A stretch of DNA of 64,000 nucleotides from the NCBI GenBank assembly GCA_963758915.1, contig CAVWXH010000015.1, forward strand, positions 1 through 64,000. Direction: 5' to 3'. The translations under genes and the position numbers were made by a program. The notes beneath the pieces are model-generated. The model did not search any database and had not been told where the DNA came from. It saw only the letters and a program-made list of their open reading frames with translations. This document shows, piece after piece, positions 18,452 to 28,717 of this stretch (the first letter of the stretch is position 1; every line of letters begins with the position of its first letter). Source of the DNA: an uncultured Methanomicrobiales archaeon. GTDB lineage: Archaea; Halobacteriota; Methanomicrobia; Methanomicrobiales; Methanospirillaceae.

Positions 18452-20904
18452 TCCACCGTTCCTTTCCCCTCGTACCAGGAGTCATTATCCAGGGTATCAT
18501 GCTGCGATTCAAGGAACAGTTTCAGGTCCCCAAGCAGGGTGCGGACCGACTGGTACCGGTCTGATGGGTCCTTTTGCAGGCATTTCAGGATGATCGGATC
18601 CAGCGGGCCCGCAAGGGGGTTCACTTCAGAGGGCGGAACCGGCATCCGCGAGATAATGGCGTTACTGACCTCAGCAAGGTCATCGCCCGGGAACAGGAGT
18701 TTACCGGTAACGAGTTCGTAGAACACTACCCCGAGCTGGTAGATGTCAGTCCGTGCATCCGTCTCACCAAATCTCCCGGGGGAGATCTGTTCTGGTGCTG
18801 CATACGCAAGCGAGAAGCCTGCAACGGTCGGTATGGCAGAAGAACCGATAAGGCGGCTCATCCCCCAGTCGCTGATCTTGGGGACACCGTGGCTGTCAAT
18901 CAGGATGTTCTGGGGTTTGATATCCCGGTGTATGATCCCCTGTCCGTGCGCATAAGAAAGGCCCTCAGCGACCCCGGTAACAATTTCCGCTGCATCTTTC
19001 ACGGGTAGCGGTGTCTTTAAGTCCGCGAGCCCGGACTTCACAAACTCCATCTCAACGTATGGTATGGGGAGGATGTTCACCTCGGTAATCTCGACGATAT
19101 TCGGGTGGCGGAGCCCCTCCCAGGCGAGGATCTCCTTCATGAAGCATTTCCCGGTGGTTTCATCGAACCGAATCGGTATTTTGACCGCAACCGTCATCCC
19201 GTCCTTAAGTCGCATCGCCCGGAACACGTGGGAGATACCCCCCATCCCGAGGAAGTCTATACTTGTATAACGATCTGCAAGTTCCGGCGGGAAAATATCA
19301 GGTCTTGTGGCTGTTGAACGCCGGTAGGGGTCAGACCCCGAAGGTACCCTTGTTTCGTCACCGTTAAAAAGACCAAACGGGTAACTTCGTTTCTGTACCT
19401 GCAACGCGAGCGAGTGGTCCTGCCAGAGTGCCAGCAGTGCGGATACCGGGGCCGCAACAATAGTTACGAGGATCGCCATCGTTTCTCCCTGTCCGAGCGA
19501 GAAAAGAAGGATCGGGGTAACGATGAGCACAATCACACCGATAACGACATGTACCTTCAGGGTCCAGCGGAGGGGGCGGGACAACAGGGATCCAACAGCA
19601 AGTGCCAGGGCCGAAAATATCAGGTATGCCCCGAGCAGTAACACGATCAGCAGGAGCGGGAGGGTGAGCGTATTGGTAAGTGCAGGGAGCAGGGCAATCA
19701 TCCTTGAGAGGACGAATAACAGGCCGAACCCGCATGCAACCTGCCCGAAGGCAACACCAGCCCTCACCACGAGTGGCTGGGGGAATGATAGGTGGCCAAG
19801 CCCGAGATAATCGTGGGCAAGGAGGAGGACAAGGGGTATTACCGCAATAAACAGGAAAATTATCACATTCCATGACGCCAGGCCTGCGGGAGGTTTGATA
19901 CCTGGCATGGTCATGTTTGCGGACCCGTTCGCCTGGGTATCCTGCGGGGAGGTCCCAGCCGGCGCAATGGCAGTGGAGTTATTTATTCCCGTGCCCGGGG
20001 TCCCATTAACCCCAGGTGTTACTACGAGTAGTGTACCATTCGTTACCTGGGTCTGAGTCGCATTCGGCTGTGGTGTAAGGCTGCTGGTGGGGACCGTGGT
20101 AGGTAAGGAGGTACGCTCGGAGGGGGTTGGAAAAATGTACGGTAACGTTGAGATAGTTTCCGGAACACTGGTGGGGAGGGGCGTAGGTACCGTGGTCGTC
20201 TGATTTGTTCCGCCCGTCACCGGCACGGTCGTCCTGATTGTCGTGGGTACTGCTGTTGTTACGGTTGTCCTGACTGTCGTCAGCACTGTTGTAGGTACTG
20301 TTGTAAGTATTGTTGTTGTCGGTACCGTTGTAGGTACTGTTGTAGGTACTATTGTCGTGATTGGGGGGAGGAGAACGAGGTTAATTTTAGGGATGTTGGT
20401 CGTCTGGTCTCTCTCCACGATCACAGAACGGGTATAATCATTGTACCCCGCAAGGGCGAGCCTTAATTCATGAGTTCCGGCAGGAATATCATTTAGCGTT
20501 CTTGGTGTTGTCCCGACTCCTGTTCCATCAATAAAAATTGTAGCGCCGTTCGGGTCTGAACTGACCTTAATGGATCCCTGGTCAGGAGCAAACGTAACAG
20601 AGATGGAATGGTCGGCATTGACGTTCGAGAACTTGTATACAGGAGATGCCGGGGTCACTTTTCCATCAACGGTCATGAGATCAAAGTGGTACCCGGTATC
20701 AGGGTCAATGAAAAACAGGATATCCCCACCTGTTTCAACAGGTACCGCTCCTGACGGGGAAATTTTTCCATGACTCCCTGCCGACGCGGTAATTGTGTAT
20801 GCGGATGCAGCGGTTGTCACTGATACCGCAAGCATCACCCCGATTACCAGGATATACAGGAGTACCAGGCTGGGATCGGACCGTTTTCGAAACTGATGAT
20901 TCAT
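18448..20904 (-). CDS. Membrane Hanks-type Ser/Thr kinase with extracellular beta-sandwich and PEGA domains, Thr-rich linker and multi-TM segment
   Basis: Signal peptide; PEGA (VSSDPNGATIFIDG..GTTP); about 5 TM helices; GMGGISHV, VAVK, HRDIKPQN, DWG, YAAPEQ, DIYQLG. Confidence 0.93.
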   Translation of the reverse strand: MNHQFRKRSDPSLVLLYILVIGVMLAVSVTTAASAYTITASAGSHGKISPSGAVPVETGGDILFFIDPDTGYHFDLMTVDGKVTPASPVYKFSNVNADHSISVTFAPDQGSIKVSSDPNGATIFIDGTGVGTTPRTLNDIPAGTHELRLALAGYNDYTRSVIVERDQTTNIPKINLVLLPPITTIVPTTVPTTVPTTTILTTVPTTVLTTVRTTVTTAVPTTIRTTVPVTGGTNQTTTVPTPLPTSVPETISTLPYIFPTPSERTSLPTTVPTSSLTPQPNATQTQVTNGTLLVVTPGVNGTPGTGINNSTAIAPAGTSPQDTQANGSANMTMPGIKPPAGLASWNVIIFLFIAVIPLVLLLAHDYLGLGHLSFPQPLVVRAGVAFGQVACGFGLLFVLSRMIALLPALTNTLTLPLLLIVLLLGAYLIFSALALAVGSLLSRPLRWTLKVHVVIGVIVLIVTPILLFSLGQGETMAILVTIVAAPVSALLALWQDHSLALQVQKRSYPFGLFNGDETRVPSGSDPYRRSTATRPDIFPPELADRYTSIDFLGMGGISHVFRAMRLKDGMTVAVKIPIRFDETTGKCFMKEILAWEGLRHPNIVEITEVNILPIPYVEMEFVKSGLADLKTPLPVKDAAEIVTGVAEGLSYAHGQGIIHRDIKPQNILIDSHGVPKISDWGMSRLIGSSAIPTVAGFSLAYAAPEQISPGRFGETDARTDIYQLGVVFYELVTGKLLFPGDDLAEVSNAIISRMPVPPSEVNPLAGPLDPIILKCLQKDPSDRYQSVRTLLGDLKLFLESQHDTLDNDSWYEGKGTVE

Positions 20905-20939
20905 ATTGGGTAAAATTCCGGTAATTATGTTATGTCTCT

Positions 20940-21731
20940 TCAGGTAGTATTCGGCATGATGACAAGGAGTTTTGCACCGTATATCCCCTTTGCCAGTTCA
21001 ACCAGGTCACCGTCACGGACGGCTACGCGTTTTTCGGGTGTAACAACAACCGCATTCACCATCGTCCCACCCGTGCTCCCTGCGTCCTCGATATACCACT
21101 CACCACCTTCTTCAATAAACTTCCCATGAGGTTTTGAGACCCGGCTGACCGCCGTGTACTCCGCAGAGAATATGACATCCAGGTCGGGATTATAGCTGCC
21201 AGGTCTCCGGGGGTCGACACGGCCGATACGCACTTCTGTACCGGACAGCCGGAAGACCTTCCCGTCCTCGGGACCGCCGAGCATTACGACCGATGGCGTA
21301 GGGGCGAGAAGCTCTTCTGCCACTCTTCCCCTGACCACATCGAGCTTGTTCCGGAGCTCGGTATCAGCGGGGTTGATCCTGATATTGGAGAAAAGCCCGA
21401 GGTTCCGGACAATTGCTTCCATTGCCCCGGGAATAAGCGAGTATTTCCATACAGGATGGACGCCTTTTGAGGTTGCCTGCCCAAGCCCTGCTTCCTTTTT
21501 TATAAGTCCTGTGCTGAGGAGTTTGTCCAGGTGCTTTTTCGTGTTTTCATAACTGGTATCAATCTCGGCAGCTATTTTCCTGACCTCTTTCGGGCCCTTC
21601 TCAAGTATCTTCAGAATTTTCAAACGCTGGCTGTTCGAAAGGACCTCGAGGTACTCGGAGAGCTCAATATAATAATCATCATTATCCTCGAGGACAATTG
21701 TCTGGCTCTGGTCTGTACCTTTTTCTTCTAT
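20940..21731 (-). CDS. ArsR-like wHTH plus FHA domain protein
   Basis: ELSEYLEVLSNSQRLKILKILEKGP..HLDKLLSTGLI (wHTH); IGR..SRVSKPH..DAGSTGGT (FHA). Frame stays open upstream of TTG 21623 to an ATA at 21731 with aggtg SD. Confidence 0.85.
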   Translation of the reverse strand: MEEKGTDQSQTIVLEDNDDYYIELSEYLEVLSNSQRLKILKILEKGPKEVRKIAAEIDTSYENTKKHLDKLLSTGLIKKEAGLGQATSKGVHPVWKYSLIPGAMEAIVRNLGLFSNIRINPADTELRNKLDVVRGRVAEELLAPTPSVVMLGGPEDGKVFRLSGTEVRIGRVDPRRPGSYNPDLDVIFSAEYTAVSRVSKPHGKFIEEGGEWYIEDAGSTGGTMVNAVVVTPEKRVAVRDGDLVELAKGIYGAKLLVIMPNTT

Positions 21732-21963
21732 AGTAACACCTACTTTTGCGTGATATCAATTCGTAATCAGGGGTGTATTTTCATATCATCTTTGTTACTA
21801 TCATATTTAGAAGGTGATATCTTGCCTTTGTGGTCAGAAATTCATTGATGGTAACACCGTACACCCAGAGGCCGGCAGGTACCCAAAGGGGTGGCCGGAA
21901 AACATCACACGTTACGACCGCGGGGAATACAGGACCCGGGGCAGGGATACCCTGCATTGAAAT

Positions 21964-22377
21964 TCAGGTTTTTTTCCCGGCTGGGCCAAACGCTGTTTCA
22001 ACACGCTTTTTCAGGGCTTCTTTCGGATAGGCACCGGTAACACGGTCAACCAGATTCCCCTGCAGGAAGAAGAGAAGTGTTGGAATCGCCGATATTGTAA
22101 ACTGGCCCGAAAGAACAGGGTTATCATCGGTATTACACTTGGCGAATGTCACACGACCGGCATATTCCCGGGCCAGTTCTTCTACGACCGGACCTACCAT
22201 GCGGCAGGGACCGCACCACTCTGCCCAGAAATCCACCACGAGTGCCGGATGCGCGTGCAATAGTGCATTGAAATTGCCCTGGTCAAGAAGCAGGACTTTT
22301 CCTTCGGATTGCGCCCTGATCCGTTCCTGCATTTCCACCAGTTTCCTCTGCCGGATTTTCCCGAGTTCATCATCCAT
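21964..22377 (-). CDS. trxA: Thioredoxin
   Basis: VDFWAEWCGPC, AIPTL; archaeal N-terminal MDDELxxIR extension. Confidence 0.95.
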   Translation of the reverse strand: MDDELGKIRQRKLVEMQERIRAQSEGKVLLLDQGNFNALLHAHPALVVDFWAEWCGPCRMVGPVVEELAREYAGRVTFAKCNTDDNPVLSGQFTISAIPTLLFFLQGNLVDRVTGAYPKEALKKRVETAFGPAGKKT

Positions 22378-22493
22378 ATCTCCGGTATAGTCTGCAGGAA
22401 TTATTAATCCCTCCTCTGTGTTGGTTCCCATCAGAAAAAGCGATGTGAGTAAACTATAAGAGCGCAGAGAGGGTATATAATAACCTCCAGAGC

Positions 22494-22568
22494 AGCGAGG
22501 TAGGGTAGTCAGGATATCCCGACGGGCTCATAACCCGTAGACCGATGGTTCAAATCCATCCCTCGCTA
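22494..22568 (+). tRNA. tRNA-Met(CAT), initiator
   Basis: Acceptor stem AGCGAGG/CCTCGCT (A1-U72), anticodon arm ACGGG-CTCATAA-CCCGT with three consecutive G-C pairs, T arm GATGG-TTCAAAT-CCATC; upstream tatataa and downstream T tract. Confidence 0.97.
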
Positions 22569-22832
22569 CTGTTTCTTTTACACGTTTTTTTCTTAACAGC
22601 AGGTATGCTTAATAATACGACAGTTATTAACCCGGTATTTATTAACAGGGCCGGAAACAGAGTTTATAGCACGTGCAATACGGCAATTGGCGTTCCCCGG
22701 TACAAACGGGAGTGACGTCGTCCCAAAACCAGAAAGGGGTTGTTCCCAATCCCCAACCATTTGTGATCCAGCTGGTCCGGGGCATTGATTGGTAGCAGGA
22801 GTTTTATAATTCCAGGGACGGCGGATCCCTGG

Positions 22833-23510
22833 TCATCCTTTCCTTGCCACGGTCACAATAAACGTCCGGTTTTTATAAACAACATCGACATCAGAAAACC
22901 CGCTCTCCTGCAGCCAGCAGAGCTGGGATGAGAGTTTTTCATTCCGGTCAAGCGTATCTCTCCGCCTGAGTATCTCAAGGCGCTCCGTTTCGCTGAGCGG
23001 GCCGCTTTTTACAAAATCATTCCAGTAATCCAGGTACATCTGCCGGAACAGGGGGGTCTCCCCTTCAGCCTGGTCAGCATTAATAAACATCCCGCCCGGT
23101 TTTAAGGCAGCGTAAATTCCATGGAACAGCTGGCGTTTATCATCACGGCTGAGATGGTGAATCGATAGCGCAGAAAAGACAAGGTCATACGGTCCGCCGA
23201 GCGGAGACCTGCTGTAATCGCTGACCTCGTACCGGATATTCTCCCGGTGAGAGAACCGTTTACGGGCAACTGCAAGCATGTTCTCTGAAATATCCAGCAG
23301 GGTAAGGGATGCGCCAGGGAATTTTTCAAGTACCAGTGCGCTCAAAAGGCCCGTACCCGCACCGATATCAAGGATAACGGGGTTATTGTCCTGTGTAATT
23401 GCCGCCCAGACCGCCGCACCATAATACTGGTGGAGGTCGGGTATAATGTATACACGCTGGGCATCGTACTCCTGTGCAATCGTGTCAAATGCGTCCCTGA
23501 TGTGTTCCAT
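22833..23510 (-). CDS. Class I SAM-dependent methyltransferase
   Basis: ILDIGAGTG, LDISENML, SALSIHHL, LKPGG. Confidence 0.9.
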   Translation of the reverse strand: MEHIRDAFDTIAQEYDAQRVYIIPDLHQYYGAAVWAAITQDNNPVILDIGAGTGLLSALVLEKFPGASLTLLDISENMLAVARKRFSHRENIRYEVSDYSRSPLGGPYDLVFSALSIHHLSRDDKRQLFHGIYAALKPGGMFINADQAEGETPLFRQMYLDYWNDFVKSGPLSETERLEILRRRDTLDRNEKLSSQLCWLQESGFSDVDVVYKNRTFIVTVARKG

Positions 23511-23708
23511 GAAATTCCCACTTCCTGTTTGTTATTGAAAACGTCTCCGCCATTTTCATGCATAGGTATGCTTGTGACCCGTAGCAGGCCTGTTTCCTTT
23601 CCAAAGGATGGGTATGTTGTATTCCTGGTGCAGTATCATTGTATCCCGGACTGCAGATTTTTCAAGGCTGAACTATGGAGATAGTTACAAAATGGGACAT
23701 TTTATGGG

Positions 23709-25142
23709 TTATGAACCCTCTCCCCCGAACGACTCAAGCCTCGACTGGTAAGTACCTTCGACAAAATCAACCACGGTTTCATGAGACTGTTCACCTTCGA
23801 TCGGGACCGGGTAGCACCCAGTCAGGCACCCCATGCACAGGTGGCCTCTTTCCTCCCCGATTGCGGCCACAAGTGCCTCGATGGAGATGTGGTGAAGGGA
23901 GTCTGCCGTAATACTGTGTCTCACTTCCTCCTCGGCCTTGTTACTGGCAATCAGTTCCCCCCGGGTAGGCATGTCAACTCCGAGATAGCAGGGTGCACGA
24001 ATAGCTGGAGACCCAATCCGTATGTGGATTTCTTTTGCTCCAGAGTCCCGCATCATCTCGATAATCCGCCTTGAAGTTGTCCCCCGGACTATACTGTCAT
24101 CCACGAGGACTACCGATTTATCCCGGAGGTGTTCCCTGATTGGGTTTAATTTCATCCTGACCGCATTTTCCCGCTGTTTTTGGGAGGGCATGATAAATGT
24201 CCTGCCCATATAACGGTTTTTCATAAGGCTTTCTACAAACGGAATGTGAGAACGCTGGGCATACCCGATCGCATAGGATGTGCCCGAGTCCGGAACAGCA
24301 CCAACACTGTCAGCAATGATCGGGTCCTCTTCGAATAATTTCGCCCCGATGCTCCGTCGCACATCGTACACCAGTGCCCCGTCTATTACCGAATCGGCCC
24401 GTGCAAAATATACATATTCAAAAATACAATGGGCGTGCCGGCTGGCCTCGGCTATCTGGGTACATCTCATCCCCTGCCCGTCGATCCTGACCAGTTCCCC
24501 GGGTTTCACATCCCTGACAAACTTTCCGTTGAGAGCATCCACTCCAACGCTCTCTGAAGCGAGGATATACCCTTCTTTCAATTTCCCGATACAAAGAGGT
24601 TTGATGCCGAGCGGGTCACGGAACCCGTACAGGACTCCGTCCACCATGAGAATTACCGAGTAGGACCCCCGGAGTGTCCGCATGCAGTGGAGCACCGCGT
24701 CCTCCACGCCCCCCGATCCCCTGATCTCCTCGGTGATGAGCTTCGCAATGATCTCGGTGTCAGTTGTCGTGGAAAAAATCTGGCCGCGCTGTTCATAGGA
24801 GTCCCGCAATTCAGCGGTATTTACCAGGTTCCCGTTATGCGCAATCGAGATTTCGTGGTTTTGAAAATGGAAATTAAAAGGCTGTATATTTTCCGGACGG
24901 TTTGCACCGGTTGTCGGGTACCGGACATGCCCAATGCCGACATTTCCTTTCAGGGTTGAAAGGATGGCCGTATTGAAAACGTCGGCGACAAGTCCGGACG
25001 CCTTATGCTTGTAAAGGCATCCTTCGTCATCGAACGTCGCGATCCCTGCACTCTCCTGCCCACGGTGCTGGAGTGCGTACAGGGCGTAGTATAAAGAAAG
25101 AGATACACCGCCAGCATCCACGATGCCAACGATACCGCACAT
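23709..25142 (-). CDS. purF: Amidophosphoribosyltransferase
   Basis: MCGIVG, LQHRGQESAG, GHVRYPT, VDDSIVRGTT, PCYLGVDMP. Confidence 0.98.
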   Translation of the reverse strand: MCGIVGIVDAGGVSLSLYYALYALQHRGQESAGIATFDDEGCLYKHKASGLVADVFNTAILSTLKGNVGIGHVRYPTTGANRPENIQPFNFHFQNHEISIAHNGNLVNTAELRDSYEQRGQIFSTTTDTEIIAKLITEEIRGSGGVEDAVLHCMRTLRGSYSVILMVDGVLYGFRDPLGIKPLCIGKLKEGYILASESVGVDALNGKFVRDVKPGELVRIDGQGMRCTQIAEASRHAHCIFEYVYFARADSVIDGALVYDVRRSIGAKLFEEDPIIADSVGAVPDSGTSYAIGYAQRSHIPFVESLMKNRYMGRTFIMPSQKQRENAVRMKLNPIREHLRDKSVVLVDDSIVRGTTSRRIIEMMRDSGAKEIHIRIGSPAIRAPCYLGVDMPTRGELIASNKAEEEVRHSITADSLHHISIEALVAAIGEERGHLCMGCLTGCYPVPIEGEQSHETVVDFVEGTYQSRLESFGGEGS

Positions 25143-25153
25143 GTCAGAACTCT

Positions 25154-25336
25154 CTAATGAGTAGGCACTTTTGGTCGCTTATCCAGCCATCTTACACTGC
25201 GCATTCTGCTGCTTTTACCGAAACCGCACGCAGCGCAGGACTTGTGTCGGCAGTGATAGGATATACTGCCGCAGCGCCTGCACGCAATGTGGGTCTTCTT
25301 GTTCCGCTTTCCCATTGAGGGAGTTCCCTTTGACAT
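25154..25336 (-). CDS. rpl37e: 50S ribosomal protein L37e
   Basis: [23 protein letters not shown]...CAACGFG; conserved position next to Sm. Confidence 0.97.
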   Translation of the reverse strand: MSKGTPSMGKRNKKTHIACRRCGSISYHCRHKSCAACGFGKSSRMRSVRWLDKRPKVPTH

Positions 25337-25363
25337 AGCATTTCACCTGGAAAAATATTCCAA

Positions 25364-25594
25364 TTATTGTTCAACTGAGGGTGATATATAGATCACATTG
25401 TCTCCACGTACGATGAGTGTCCCGACGTTTTTCGATACGTCGTTCTCCACATCTGTGGCTTTTTCAAGCACAAGGTTCATGTGCACGTCATACCCCTGAA
25501 GGATTCCTCGAAGTTCCCTTCCCCCTTTGAGAGATACGATAACAGGCTGACGATTCAGCACCAGGTCCAAAATATCCAACGGCCTTTTAGTCAT
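25364..25594 (-). CDS. Sm-like archaeal protein (SmAP/Lsm)
   Basis: [25 protein letters not shown]. Confidence 0.96.
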   Translation of the reverse strand: MTKRPLDILDLVLNRQPVIVSLKGGRELRGILQGYDVHMNLVLEKATDVENDVSKNVGTLIVRGDNVIYISPSVEQ

Positions 25595-25833
25595 ACAATT
25601 ACCCTGTTTACATCGCTTTGGAGTAATATATGTGAGTGAGGAGGATACTTAAATATAACGTCCATGATCATTTCCGTCACCTGAGTCACGAAAAACAGGC
25701 AGCCCGGGATTCCCCCTGCCAGGCAGGGATCCACCATGCCTACAGGGTAATTCTTTGATTCATTGAACTATAAAATACGAGGGGTGGGAGAGATACATTT
25801 TCTTTCACCTGGCAACATACCAATAAGCCGAAC

Positions 25834-26331
25834 ATGTCAAAGATCCAGCTGAAAAAAAGACATACCCTGAGAAAGTCCCAGGTATCTGTCATCTATTCAC
25901 GATTACAATCGGAGATTGGTGAGGCAGAGTCCCGGTTCTATTGTGACCAGCTTGAGATTGTCGAGACGAGCTCCTCGCTCAAACTCTATATGGTCGACAA
26001 GAAGCCGCTCCTGATGGACCTGGACGGGGTAATTTTTCCCACGCTGAGAGGGCTTCTCGAACAACCCTTCCTGCAACGGCGTATCGTGGTCGATTCCGGT
26101 GCAGTCTCTTATGTTGTGAATGGTGCGGATGTCATGCGCCCCGGGATCGTTTCAGTTTCCGATGACATAAAGGCAGGTTCCCCTGCCCAGGTGGTGGAGG
26201 AACGGCACGGGAAGCCGATAGCGATCTGTATACCCCTTTTTGATGCCGGTGAGTTACGGGAGAAAACAACCGGAAAGATGTGCAGGAACATCCACCATGT
26301 CGGGGACGAAATATGGGCACTTGAATATTGA
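25834..26331 (+). CDS. PUA-domain RNA-binding protein (pre-PUA plus PUA)
   Basis: PTLRG, VDSGAVSYVVNGADVMRPGI, HHVGDEIW. Confidence 0.92.
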   Translation: MSKIQLKKRHTLRKSQVSVIYSRLQSEIGEAESRFYCDQLEIVETSSSLKLYMVDKKPLLMDLDGVIFPTLRGLLEQPFLQRRIVVDSGAVSYVVNGADVMRPGIVSVSDDIKAGSPAQVVEERHGKPIAICIPLFDAGELREKTTGKMCRNIHHVGDEIWALEY

Positions 26332-26466
26332 CATGCGAACCCTCCATTTTCTAATAATCCGTGGCAGTTCATTCTCAACAAAAATCCGGACATCACAACC
26401 AAACAGAAAAATCCGCCGTTTTTCTGAATAGATACTATTAAATAAAATTCAACATACCATTTTTTT

Positions 26467-26838
26467 ATGGGAAAAATATTCGATTCTCTTCTTGGGAAGT
26501 CCAGTGCCCCGGCCGATGAAGGCGATTACATGGAACTCAATCTCGAGGACTATGAGGGCACTGAAGATGCCCCGGCACTACTTATAAAAATAGCAACTAT
26601 TTCCGATATCAAGGACTGCCCGAAAATCAAGGATGAGATCTACAATGGTAACATCGTGATCGTCGATATCAGCAGGTTAAAGATGGACAAGATCATGTAC
26701 GAGCGGGTGCTCAAGGACTTAAAAGATGTCACAAAGGATGTAAACGGGGACATTATCGGCCTTGGCGACCAGCGTTACGTTGTCCTTGCACCCGGGGGCG
26801 TCAGGATCTCGCGGGAAAAAGTTGGCGGAGCAATCTAG
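26467..26838 (+). CDS. sepF: Cell division protein SepF
   Basis: IKDEIYNGNIVIVDI...GDIIGLG..VVLAPGGVRI; conserved PUA-sepF-ZPR1 synteny. Confidence 0.88.
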   Translation: MGKIFDSLLGKSSAPADEGDYMELNLEDYEGTEDAPALLIKIATISDIKDCPKIKDEIYNGNIVIVDISRLKMDKIMYERVLKDLKDVTKDVNGDIIGLGDQRYVVLAPGGVRISREKVGGAI

Positions 26839-27401
26839 TGAGGACCGTTGTTCCCGGTCCGTGCCCGGTATGTAATGCGGAGATCGAGTATCTCTATCAG
26901 ACGGATAATATCCCTTTTTTTTCGGATATTATTATTATCCGTGCCCTTTGTAACGAGTGCGGGTACCGCTATGTTGATACCCAGGTGCTTACCACCCAGG
27001 CACCAGGGCGGCAGGAGTTCCGCATCGAGACCCCTGACGATATAGATGTCCGGGTTATTCGGAGCATGGAGGGAATTATCATGATACCGGAACTCGGGGT
27101 CAGGATCGATCCCGGTCCGGCCTGCGAAGGGTTCGTCTCCAATATTGAAGGTATCCTTAACCGGGTCTCGGAGGCAGTGGAGGGTTTAATTGCCCATGGT
27201 GATGAAACAGAACGGGAAAATGCCAAGGAATTCCTTGAAGCCGTAGCGGCGGTGAAGAGGGGTGAACGACCGGTAACGCTTATTATCGATGACCCTTCCG
27301 GAAACAGTGCTATTATTTCTGAAAAAACCAAAAAACTTCCTTATCCTGAAGAAGGGGACGAGGGAGAAGAGGACTGCGATCCGGAGAAATCTGCAGAATA
27401 A
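26838..27401 (+). CDS. ZPR1 zinc-finger domain protein
   Basis: CPVC..IPFF..CNECGYR, IPELG..PGP..GFVSNIEG, DPSGNS. Confidence 0.93.
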   Translation: MRTVVPGPCPVCNAEIEYLYQTDNIPFFSDIIIIRALCNECGYRYVDTQVLTTQAPGRQEFRIETPDDIDVRVIRSMEGIIMIPELGVRIDPGPACEGFVSNIEGILNRVSEAVEGLIAHGDETERENAKEFLEAVAAVKRGERPVTLIIDDPSGNSAIISEKTKKLPYPEEGDEGEEDCDPEKSAE

Positions 27402-27498
27402 TCTTTGTAATTTTTGGAATTAGCAATCTGCAAGATAGATTTGAGAGGATTTCCCTTGTAAATGCATGATTGAACCCCAATATGAAGTTAATTTGAAA

Positions 27499-27554
27499 GG
27501 GCATTTTCATGGTTCGGGTGTGAACTCCCCGTTCATGTGTGTTTCTACAGAGCC
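27499..27554 (+). repeat. Dispersed intergenic repeat, short copy D
   Basis: gggcattttc..ggtgtgaactccccgttcatgtgtgtttctacagagcc is nearly identical to 38549-38602. Confidence 0.8.
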
Positions 27555-27722
27555 GAATCATCAAATTTTTTCCACTTTAGGATTCCTCAATATCATATTA
27601 AAGAGACTGTTATCATTTTAGATTCAATAAAAACGGCGTATTAGTGATTGGATTCTGAATATCATTCTTTTCAAACAAGCTGATTTTCTTAAGTCCTAGC
27701 GCTATATTTCTCACACGTACAA

Positions 27723-28701
27723 TTAAAAAAAACAAAAAAGGGAGGTCAGATCAGGCTCATGACCTGAATTATAACTCATTGATTTTGCGAATGACGATAT
27801 TACACCAAGAGCACTGGATGATTCGGAATACACAAGGTCCTGGGCCTTTACGAGTTTGTAGATACTAGCTTCGTCATCTTCCATGATGAACTGGTCAACA
27901 AGATTTAACCGGCCATCCTGTGTATGCACCTTCATATACGCCATAGCAGAGCCCATTGCGGGTATCTGGCCCTCGTGATGTGCCATATGGCTTCACATTG
28001 ATGTTATAGTTCTGCACCACGGGTATAGTCGCGTCATCGCCAACAAAGCGGTTGTTCGCATCAGTGCTGACCGATCCAACTGTCAGGTCGATACTTGCTT
28101 CCTGTCTGGACGATATTACAGAATGGCGGGATGAACAACGAGCTTTGTGAAGCCAAACGGGCAGAGCATTTTGTTTGCAGTGAGATCATACATACCGGCA
28201 CCGTCTAACATAAGGTTCTCGGTACCGACCACGTTGCCTCCGTCATCAGCTGCGATAAAGGTCAGGCCAGTCTGTGCGTCAACGTTAGATTGCCCGAGGG
28301 CCTTATTTCCGGTGTTGACTCCCATGGTCTTGACAAAACTGATCTGGCCTGCCTGTGCAACAATGTTCGCATCATATACGGTTGTATACAGGACCTGCCC
28401 GGGTTGTCATGACATGTATAGGGATAGAGATCATCCCAGACAAGAACACTCCCGTTACCTGCATCATACGGGGGATACCCCGGGGCTGCAAGAGTACTTG
28501 TTTATTCCCAGGTTTGAGAGTTGCCAGGAAAGTCCATCAGTTTCGGTCATGAGCCCGACAGCGTTCACCGATGTCGTCGTGGAAAGTCCCTGGATTTCCG
28601 GTGCCTGGGTTACCGAAGGATCAGCGCATACAACTCCTGCACAGAGGAGAATAATTAAAAGGCTGATTATTCCCTGTTGAAAAATATATTGCTTTTTTCA
28701 T
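27723..28701 (-). pseudogene. Frameshifted secreted protein resembling the Methanomicrobiales major-sheath-protein family
   Basis: ggaggt SD and ATG 28701. Joined frames read LLIILLCAGVVCADPSVTQAPEIQGLSTTTSVNAVG..GQVLYTTVYDANIVAQAG..ENLMLDGAG..MLCPF..FCNIVQTGSK..RFVG..YNINVKPYG..DLVYSESSSALGVISSFAKSMSYNSG, with at least 5 frame changes. Family assignment is from recall, not a search. Confidence 0.6.
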
Positions 28702-28717
28702 TGTTTCTAAACCTCCT

